Shown: in pieces, positions 8,422-14,245 of the stretch
How the letters are laid out: each line of letters begins with the position of its first letter
Position numbering within the stretch: position 1 is the stretch's first letter
Source of the DNA: Abditibacteriaceae bacterium
Lineage (GTDB): Bacteria; Armatimonadota; Abditibacteriia; Abditibacteriales; Abditibacteriaceae
Assembly: GCA_031372065.1 (NCBI GenBank)
Contig: JANMKN010000396.1
Coordinates: forward strand, 1 to 14,245
Direction of reading: 5' to 3'
DNA length: 14,245 nt
Notes under the pieces: generated by a model
Seen by the model: the letters and a program-made list of their open reading frames with translations, nothing else
The model's database searches: none
Told to the model about the DNA's origin: nothing
Translations under genes and position numbers: made by a program

Positions 8422-10905
8422 TTAGCGGCTGAGAAAAGGCTCGCTCGTCACCACAAACTCGATGAGTGAGCGCATACCGTGATTTTTTGGGGGCAGACCG
8501 GCGACGATTCGCTCCACGACAGCTTCGTCCATCGCCTCCATGCGGCGGCCCGTGGCGTAGGTCAGGAGGCGTTCGGTGAGCATATGTGCAAAGCGCTCCT
8601 GACGTTTGACGAGAATCTGCTTCAGTCCGGCCACATCGGAAAATTTCTCGCCGCTGGGCAGTTCGCCGGCGGTGTCAATCCGCGTTTTGCCGTAGCTCGT
8701 GCGCCAGGCTCCAACGGGATCGAAGTTCTCTAAAGCGAAGCCGAGCGGGTCAATTTTTTGATGGCAGCCAGCGCAGTTCGGCGATTCGCGGTGTTTGCTG
8801 AGCAGCTCGCGCATGGATTTGGCGCCGCGCACGTCGGGATCAATGGCGGGCACGTCGTCGGGCGGTGGGGGTGGCGGGGTGCCGAGAATGTTTTCCAGCA
8901 GAAACACGCCGCGCGTGACCGGCGAAGTTTCGATGCCGTTGGCGGTGATGGTCAGCACCGAACCCATGCCGAGCAGCCCGCCGCGCCTGGGGTCGGTGAA
9001 AGTCACTTTGCGGAACTCGTGTGCGCGAACCGGGTCGCCGAGGTCGCCGAGGCCATAATGCGTGGCAAGAGGCTGGTTGAGGAAGCTGTAGTCGCTGTCG
9101 AGAAAATTCACGATGCTCGCATCGCGCACGATGAGGTCGCGCAGGAAAAGCCGCGTCTCCTGCTTGAACGCTTGTTCCAGCCCCTTGAAATAGTAGGCTT
9201 CAAAATTTTTGCGGTCGGGCGGCATTCCGCCGAGGCTGCGCAGGTTCAGCCAGCTATCGAGAAAGCCAGACACAAAAGCATCGGAGCGCGGGCTGTCCAG
9301 CATACGGCGCACTTGCGCGGCGACTACTGCGGGTTTGGTCAGTTCTTGAGCTTGCGCGAGACGGAGCAACTGCTCATCCGGCATCGAAGACCACAAAAAA
9401 TACGAGAGCCGCGACGAAAGTGCGTAGTCGCTCAACCTGGGGCGTGACTTCGCTTCTTTGGCGGCCACGACATCTTGCGAAAGATAAAGAAAGGCTGGCG
9501 AGCAAAGCGCGGCTTTGAGAGCGGCCTTTAGACCTTCCAACGGCGAACGTCCGCTGGCGATGCGTTTCTGGGCCACGGCCACGAGGCGATCCACTTCGTC
9601 TTTGGTGGCCGGGCGGCGATAGGCGCGGTCGGCGAAGGTTTGCAGCACCGCGCGCATTTTTTCCGGCGCAAAGGCGGTTTTTCCCAGCACGGCCTGCTGG
9701 GTCGCGGGCGGCCAGTGCTCGGCGAGGGGGCCGCGAATTTTGACCTCATGGATGCGAATGTGGGGAATCTTCCCATCAATAACAGCGACGCGGCGCGCAT
9801 CGCTAATTCCGAGGCGATCTTTCAGGGCAGATTCCGGCCATTTGTCCTTGTGGTAGTCGGCAATTTTGAACCACGAGGCGCGAGCGTCTCTGGGGCCGTT
9901 GGGGAAGACAAAGCGCACGGTGTGCCCGGCATCGAGCCAGATTTTCATCGTTTGCCACACCGGTTCGGCGTCTCCCACGGCCTGCTCGGCCAACATGGGT
10001 TGCAGCGGTTGCGGCAGGTCGAGTGGGCCGGCTTTGGCATCGCCGGGCACAATGCCGAGGCGGAATGGTTCGCGGGCATCGGTGCCGAAGATTTTCGGGG
10101 CGTAAGGATTTTGGCGGTTCATGGCCTGAACCAGCACTTGAACCTCGTAAAAGCCATCGGCGGGCACTCCGTCTTCGAAATCGTTGATGACAGCGTAGCC
10201 CCCGGTGTGCTTCTCCGAGTCCATGCATTCGTAGATGTTCAAGAAGCGGTTGTCGTATTCCACCTCCGGCCTCGGCGGCTTCCTCTTGGTCTGAAAGCTG
10301 CCTTTGAAATGCCAGTTCTGCTCTTGCGGAGGAGTTTGGGCGGCGAAGACTTTTTCCACGATGGCGTCCGCCGCGTCCAGATATTGATCCAGCAGATAGC
10401 CCGAAGTCTGAAGCACATCGCCGAGGTTTTCCATGTGTTCGGCGGATTGGTCGCGGGGAAACTTCGTGGTCGGGTCGAAAGCGGCCATGTTCAGGCCAAA
10501 CAAATCGCCGATGGTGTTGATGTATTCGCGGCGGTTCAAACGGCGCAGCACGGTGCTGCCACCCGTGCTGTGGAGTTTTTCGCGGCCTTCGCTCATCGCC
10601 TGAGTCGCCTGTGCGATAAAGGCGCGTAGCTCCTCCGGCGTGGGTTGTCTGGCGTTTTTGGGCGGCATCTCGCCGAGGTTGATTTGGTCGAGAATGTCTT
10701 TAAGGTCAATCAGCGTATCAGCTTTGGTGGCAGGCAGCGTCAGCCCGTCAAAGCGCCGCTCGCCTTTTTGCTTTGCCGCGCCGTGGCAGTCGTTGCAGTA
10801 GGAACCAAGAAACTTTTGGGCCTGCGCCGTGTCCTCTGCGGCTTGCAGCGGGCAGGTGGAATGCGCGAGCAGTGCGGCGGCGAAAATTAGTGAATAACGA
10901 AGCAT
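8422..10905 (-). CDS. Planctomycete-type cytochrome c / DUF1587-DUF1595-DUF1592-DUF1588-DUF1585 multidomain protein, 827 aa
   Basis: Signal peptide; haem motifs CNDCH (10783-10797) and CAGCH (8761-8775). Family signatures GEMPP, LRRLNRREYINTIGDL, LSSRLSYFLWSSMPD, RGGLLG...TSPVTRG, DPLGFALENFDPVGAWR and LLTYATGR. It sits next to its usual DUF1552 partner. Confidence 0.9.
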   Translation of the reverse strand: MLRYSLIFAAALLAHSTCPLQAAEDTAQAQKFLGSYCNDCHGAAKQKGERRFDGLTLPATKADTLIDLKDILDQINLGEMPPKNARQPTPEELRAFIAQATQAMSEGREKLHSTGGSTVLRRLNRREYINTIGDLFGLNMAAFDPTTKFPRDQSAEHMENLGDVLQTSGYLLDQYLDAADAIVEKVFAAQTPPQEQNWHFKGSFQTKRKPPRPEVEYDNRFLNIYECMDSEKHTGGYAVINDFEDGVPADGFYEVQVLVQAMNRQNPYAPKIFGTDAREPFRLGIVPGDAKAGPLDLPQPLQPMLAEQAVGDAEPVWQTMKIWLDAGHTVRFVFPNGPRDARASWFKIADYHKDKWPESALKDRLGISDARRVAVIDGKIPHIRIHEVKIRGPLAEHWPPATQQAVLGKTAFAPEKMRAVLQTFADRAYRRPATKDEVDRLVAVAQKRIASGRSPLEGLKAALKAALCSPAFLYLSQDVVAAKEAKSRPRLSDYALSSRLSYFLWSSMPDEQLLRLAQAQELTKPAVVAAQVRRMLDSPRSDAFVSGFLDSWLNLRSLGGMPPDRKNFEAYYFKGLEQAFKQETRLFLRDLIVRDASIVNFLDSDYSFLNQPLATHYGLGDLGDPVRAHEFRKVTFTDPRRGGLLGMGSVLTITANGIETSPVTRGVFLLENILGTPPPPPPDDVPAIDPDVRGAKSMRELLSKHRESPNCAGCHQKIDPLGFALENFDPVGAWRTSYGKTRIDTAGELPSGEKFSDVAGLKQILVKRQERFAHMLTERLLTYATGRRMEAMDEAVVERIVAGLPPKNHGMRSLIEFVVTSEPFLSR

Positions 10906-10930
10906 AGGATTAAAACTGCGCGCGAAAATC

Positions 10931-10984
10931 TATGGAGCGCGGGCTTCCAGCCCGCATTTGCGGCCAAGATGGCCGCGCTCCATA
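10931..10984. repeat. REP-like inverted doublet (REPIN-like) of two GGAG-headed palindromic units
   Basis: Unit 1 (10934-10955) is GGAGC-GCGGGC-TTCCA-GCCCGC. After a 4-nt spacer ATTT, unit 2 (10960-10981) reads GGAGC-GCGGCC-ATCTT-GGCCGC on the minus strand. Outer arms TATGGAGCGCGG (from 10931) and CCGCGCTCCATA (to 10984) are a perfect 12-bp inverted repeat. It lies between two co-oriented genes. Confidence 0.8.
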
Positions 10985-10989
10985 ACAAT

Positions 10990-12306
10990 TCACACCAAAC
11001 CAGTGAGCGTGCTGGAACTGGTGCCGAACTTTTCCACTTCCGCGCCGAAGCGCTGTAGCATGGACAGATAAAGATTGCACAAGGGCTGGCGATTGAGGCC
11101 CTTTGTGGGATAATCCCGATGCTCGCCGTGCTTGAAGCCGCCACCGGCCAGAATAATCGGCAGATTGCTGTTGGTGTGCGCGTTGGCGTTGCCCATGCCG
11201 CTGCCGAAGAGAACCATCGAATGATCGAGCAGCGTGCCCGCGCCGTCTTCGATGGATTTGAGCTTGCCTAAAAACCGCGCGAACTGCTCGGACTGATAAC
11301 GCTCCATTTTGATCAGGGCATTAATGGCCTCTGGCCGCTGGCCGTGGTGCGAAAAGGCGTGATAACCGCCGTTTAGTCCGAACGCCGACGCCTCGAAGTC
11401 GCCGCCGATTTCGAAAGTGGCGATGCGTGTGGAGTCCGTTTGCAAGGCGAGCGCGATCAAGTCATACATCACCGGCAAATCGGAAACGAAGTCTTTGTTG
11501 GCCGGCTCTGGCATCTTCGGGTCGGGCTTGGGCACCGCCGCCCATTTGCGGCGCAGTTCGAGCTGCTTTTCCACATCGCGCACCGAGGTGAAATACTCGT
11601 CCAACTTTTCTTTGTCGCGCTGCCCCAGATGGCGTTCGAGCGATTTTGCATCGCCCTGCACTGCGTCGAGAATCGAGTTTTTCAAGTCGAGCCGATCCAG
11701 CGACGCCGCAAGACCGGCGGCGCCGTCGGAGACAAACAGTTTGCGAAACAACTCGCGCGGCGTACTGATGGGCGGCACGCGCGTGCCGCTGCGCGTCCAC
11801 GACATGAGGCAGCCGCCATGAATGCCGCTCTCGGAACCCAGCGCCAGCGTGGGGAAGCGCGTCGCACCGCCGAGGGTCTCCGCCGCCCGCTGATCTACCG
11901 TGATATTGCCTTCGGGCATACCTTTGGCATCCGCCGTGCGCACGCCGCTCAGGAACGAACTCATGGCAAAATGCCCGCCCTTCACGCCGTGGTCAAGCCC
12001 CGAAAAGAGCGTGAACTCCTTCTGGAGCGGTTTGAGCGCTTGGATGGACTCCGGCAGCTCGTAACCCGGCCCGGTTGAGGCCGGAAAAAACGCTTGCGGA
12101 TAAAAACCAAGCAAATTGCCGATGCAAACCATGCGCAGGGGACGCCCATCGCCCACTGCTTTGCCCGGCAGCGTGCCAACGGCGGAGTTTTGCGCAAAAG
12201 CGCGCCCGCCCAGCGATTCCAGCAGCGGCAAAGCCATGCTCACTCCGACGCCGCGCAGGAAAAATCGGCGGTTCATCAAATTGGGGGAAGGGTTAGAAGT
12301 GTTCAT
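10990..12306 (-). CDS. Tat-exported DUF1552 (HxxSHH) family protein, ~438 aa
   Basis: Tat leader NRRFFLRGVGVSMALPLLES. Family motifs LFSGLDH, TVDQ, DKEKLDEYFTSVRDVEK, LALQTDSTR, YHAFSHHG, GTLLDHSMVLFGSGMGNANAH and LCNLYLSMLQ. I prefer ATG 12306 (ACC-ATG context, RR nearer the N-terminus) over the track's 12351; 12276 is also possible. Confidence 0.9.
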   Translation of the reverse strand: MNTSNPSPNLMNRRFFLRGVGVSMALPLLESLGGRAFAQNSAVGTLPGKAVGDGRPLRMVCIGNLLGFYPQAFFPASTGPGYELPESIQALKPLQKEFTLFSGLDHGVKGGHFAMSSFLSGVRTADAKGMPEGNITVDQRAAETLGGATRFPTLALGSESGIHGGCLMSWTRSGTRVPPISTPRELFRKLFVSDGAAGLAASLDRLDLKNSILDAVQGDAKSLERHLGQRDKEKLDEYFTSVRDVEKQLELRRKWAAVPKPDPKMPEPANKDFVSDLPVMYDLIALALQTDSTRIATFEIGGDFEASAFGLNGGYHAFSHHGQRPEAINALIKMERYQSEQFARFLGKLKSIEDGAGTLLDHSMVLFGSGMGNANAHTNSNLPIILAGGGFKHGEHRDYPTKGLNRQPLCNLYLSMLQRFGAEVEKFGTSSSTLTGLV

Positions 12307-12354
12307 GGTCGGGACGGTGTTAGACAAGCGGCTCACGATTTGGCGCCGCATGGC

Positions 12355-12807
12355 TTACTGCGGGCGGGTGACGGCGCTCTTTTGCGCTTTAATAAGTAGA
12401 TCGGCGAGGCGCTTCGCTTGGGCGGCTTGCTCTTGAAACAGATTCTTGGTTTCGCCGGGGTCTTGGGCCAGATTATAGAGGCCGGGCCGGGCGGGCGCGT
12501 CCGCGTTCTTTTTCCATGTGCCATACCAGCCATCGGCGACGGCGAGATCGGGAATGTATTTCCATTGGCCGCTGCGCAGGGCGAGGTGGCCGTTGCCGCT
12601 CTGGACGACGAGGTGGTCGCGTTTGGGCGCGTCCTTTTCGCCGAGCATCGCAGGCAGAAGGTTATAGCTATCGGGCAAAGCCTCTTTGGGCGGCGTGATA
12701 CCGGCGGCGGCGCAGATGGTAGCGGGCACATCGAGAGTGGATGCCAGGTCGGGCGAAACGCCGGGCTGAATGCGGGCGGGCCAGCGGACGATGAAAGGCA
12801 CACGGTG
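12355..12807 (-). pseudogene. C-terminal ~150-aa remnant of an arylsulfatase-type (formylglycine-dependent) sulfatase, 5'-truncated
   Basis: HRVPFIVRWP...STLDVPATICAAAG...DSYNLLP...ALRSGQWKYI...LYNLAQDPGETKNL is the standard sulfatase C-terminal half. The usual preceding EGG and the catalytic N-terminus with C/SxPxR are absent and replaced by unrelated sequence (track ORF 12355-12870 starts MPEQPMPEQ). Confidence 0.85.
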
Positions 12808-12844
12808 AACCCAAGACCTTTGCATCAGAGGGTTTTGCCTCCGC

Positions 12845-12871
12845 TGTTCTGGCATCGGTTGTTCTGGCATC
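12845..12871. repeat. Short direct repeat TGTTCTGGCATC x2, 15-bp period
   Basis: Exact copies at 12845-12856 and 12860-12871. Confidence 0.75.
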
Positions 12872-12928
12872 TCTGGGTTTGCGATGTCACAAAGGAACCC
12901 GCTGCGGCGAATAGAACAGTAGTCCGCA

Positions 12929-12960
12929 GTCGTTAGAGGCGTTGTTAGAGGCGTCGTTAC
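12929..12960. repeat. 12-bp tandem repeat GTYGTTAGAGGC, two full copies plus a partial copy
   Basis: GTCGTTAGAGGC (12929-12940), GTTGTTAGAGGC (12941-12952), GTCGTTAC (12953-12960). Confidence 0.75.
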
Positions 12961-12993
12961 CTGACTGTTTTCTCTCCATAGAAACCAAGGATT

Positions 12994-13009
12994 TTAACCC
13001 CAGGGTTCA
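12994..13009. promoter_or_regulatory. Near-palindrome, possible operator in the divergent intergenic region
   Basis: TTAACCC-CA-GGGTTCA, with AACCC/GGGTT arms. It overlaps a minus-strand TAAAAT -10-like hexamer (12991-12996) and lies ~40 nt upstream of the 13051 start. No convincing -35 was seen. Confidence 0.3.
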
Positions 13010-13050
13010 CTTTTACGAGTTTGCCTTTCTTGTTTATCAAGGAGCCACGA

Positions 13051-13503
13051 ATGGCTGATGCACCGCGCGAAACCGCATCCTTAGTGCGCGATCCTGTCAG
13101 CGGCCAGATGTTTTTACAGGGCCGCGAAGTGTTTACGCCGGACCTCGCCAATGTTTTTGGCAATGGTGATTTTCAGCCCGTTTGTCGGGCAGGGGATCAA
13201 AGAATTGTGTTTGAGGCCGAGGTGCGTTACGGCTTTTCGGCGCAGGCTGATGATGACCGCACCGATCAGGCCGAGGTTTACAGTTTTCGCCTCTGGGGAT
13301 GGAGTGTTACACCCGCAGGCGCCCAGGCCAGTTTGATGTTTGGCGACTGGGAAGATTTTCAGGGCGATGATCCGCCCGGCGCCCCCTATGGTTGGGATGC
13401 CCTCCTGTATGAGGCCGTTCATCAATTGCGTGAAGCGCGCGGAGCATACCGCCACCATCGCATTAGGCCCACACGCGTCGTTGGCCGCCTGGGTGGCCTG
13501 TGA
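13051..13503 (+). CDS. Hypothetical protein, 150 aa, no recognised family
   Basis: AAGGAG Shine-Dalgarno (13039-13044) sits 6 nt before ATG 13051, favouring this start over the track's TTG 13021. The composition is protein-like (acidic, aromatic-rich core with a basic tail) and no opposing gene explains it as a shadow. Confidence 0.65.
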   Translation: MADAPRETASLVRDPVSGQMFLQGREVFTPDLANVFGNGDFQPVCRAGDQRIVFEAEVRYGFSAQADDDRTDQAEVYSFRLWGWSVTPAGAQASLMFGDWEDFQGDDPPGAPYGWDALLYEAVHQLREARGAYRHHRIRPTRVVGRLGGL

Positions 13504-13550
13504 ACACAGAACTCGACTTGCAAAAGACGTGATTCAACGGAGAGATTCAA

Positions 13551-13898
13551 ATGAAAGTTCGTCCCGGCTCCATGGCTGACTTGTTTGGTTTTATCCCCGC
13601 TGTCAAAAGCCAGAATACTATTCTGAGGCTCCGACTGGTTCGTTTTGGACAGTGGCGCGCCGCCGCTATTACACCAAGACCTATAAGAAGTCGCAGGAAC
13701 TATTGTTGAACCCCGATAGTTGCCATAGCATTGCCCTGGAAGCGGTAGCAAAAATTGTATCCGGAATTATTTCCCAAAACTGTGGTTCGCCCCCGCCCCA
13801 GCACCCCAGCCACTGGGCGCTGTATTCGCTGCGGCGATGAGAACGAATGCCGCTTTCATGTCTGCCAGAGTTGTGGTGTTCGATTACCGTGGAGATAG
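13551..13898 (+). pseudogene. Small or decayed zinc-ribbon protein gene; C-terminal CIRCG-x8-CQSCGVRLPW
   Basis: The frame ending at TAG 13896-13898 encodes LYPELFPKTVVRPRPSTPATGRCIRCGDENECRFHVCQSCGVRLPWR (47 aa from TTG 13755). A GGAG-preceded ATG at 13551 is in the same frame but is separated by stops at 13707 and 13746. The 5' extent is uncertain. Confidence 0.5.
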
Positions 13899-14108
13899 GT
13901 TCAGCCTTGCTTGTATCAGCTAACCTCGCTTGTATTAACTTCGATGGGAAACGGAGGATCAATGTGCTGTGGATAATCTTTAATCCAGCCTAATCAGCAG
14001 GGACATTCAGGCAAGCGGATTGATTATGCACTTGGTCACGCAAGAATTCTGCTCTGAGATCTGCGACACATTGCACTTAGGGGCAATTGTAAATAGCGGA
14101 GTAGAACT

Positions 14109-14245
14109 GGTTCTGGCGCACTTTTGGTGATTGGCGGATAGGTTCCTTTCACTGCGCCCGAAGGGCATCATTTCTCTGCTAACCAACTATGCGTTTGCCA
14201 GCACACGCAAGCGCAGCAGGTCAAAGTTAGCGCGGCCATACATCT
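14109..14245 (-). mobile_element. End (downstream of the transposase) of an ISL3-family insertion sequence; the element continues beyond the window
   Basis: The terminus GGTTCTGGCGCACTTTTGGTGA (14109-14130) matches the GG(C/T)TCT-starting ISL3 inverted-repeat style. It begins 78 nt beyond the stop of an ISL3-type transposase tail. Confidence 0.8.
14187..14245 (-). CDS. ISL3-family transposase, C-terminal 18 residues (partial)
   Basis: Not in the ORF track. The minus strand reads MYGRANFDLLRLRVLANA*, matching the characteristic ISL3 C-terminus KRxMYGRAxFDLLRxRVL. Confidence 0.85.
   Translation of the reverse strand, partial: MYGRANFDLLRLRVLANA

Noticed and set aside
10931..10984. Rho-independent terminator
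   Set aside because: There is no adjacent U-tract on the coding (minus) strand, and it separates two normally coupled genes. The two-unit architecture fits a REP doublet better.
12307..12351. Track start of DUF1552 at 12351 (MRRQIVS...)
   Set aside because: It puts the real Tat motif NRRFFLRG unusually far from the N-terminus. ATG 12306 matches the ACC-ATG context of neighbouring genes. Not fully excluded.
403..12936. Long plus-strand ORFs (403-1815, 1931-2806, 5449-6939, 8758-9447, 9640-10629, 11440-12078, 12418-12936) and short alternate-frame ORFs
   Set aside because: They are antisense or off-frame shadows of well-supported GC-rich minus-strand genes and show no recognisable motifs.
12845..12960. 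Possible CRISPR array
   Set aside because: Units are only 12 bp with 0-3 nt between copies, there are no unique spacers, and no cas genes are present.
13551..13898. Stop-codon readthrough or recoding to join ATG 13551 to the zinc ribbon
   Set aside because: It would require reading through both a TGA and a TAG, and both serve as normal stops in adjacent genes. Frameshift decay or a short gene is simpler.
12929..13930. Integron attI/attC sites and cassette array, suggested by GTTAG repeats and small ORFs
   Set aside because: GTTAGAG does not fit GTTRRRY, I found no RYYYAAC...GTTRRRY palindromic attC after the ORFs, and there is no integrase in the window.
13909..13940. Imperfect direct repeat GCTTGTATCAGCT / GCTTGTATTAACT
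   Set aside because: Only an 8-bp exact core in two copies, with no supporting context.
12957..13962. Minus-strand track ORFs 12957-13163, 13114-13458, 13422-13751 and 13681-13962
   Set aside because: They overlap better-supported plus-strand frames and have no recognisable motifs.
13944..14057. GGAGG followed by tiny frames (MCCG*, VLWIIFNPA*) and a KRIDYAL-containing stretch
   Set aside because: The frames are too short or lack a start, and the motif resemblance is too weak to call a gene.

Overview
Two compositionally distinct parts. Bases 1-~12807 are a GC-rich, tightly packed, all-minus-strand cluster of exported proteins typical of Planctomycetes/Verrucomicrobia. In transcription order: a 5'-truncated sulfatase, a Tat-exported DUF1552 protein, a REP-like inverted doublet, a di-haem (2x CxxCH) DUF1592/DUF1588-type cytochrome c protein, a secreted FAD oxidoreductase with a C-terminal xanthan-lyase/golvesin-like domain and an apparent small in-frame deletion, an uncharacterised glycoside-hydrolase-like protein, a DUF5060 protein, a Tat-exported PhoD-like metallophosphoesterase, and the N-terminus of a probable pectin-lyase-fold enzyme running off the edge. 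It reads as a glycan-degradation locus with a redox module and no transporter in view. At ~12808 the sulfatase breaks abruptly and lower-GC DNA begins. This part has short tandem repeats, a near-palindrome, a divergent 150-aa orphan gene with a canonical Shine-Dalgarno, a small or decayed zinc-ribbon gene missed by the ORF track, and the end of an ISL3-family IS (terminal repeat plus transposase C-terminus). All family assignments come from recognising motifs by eye, not from database searches.
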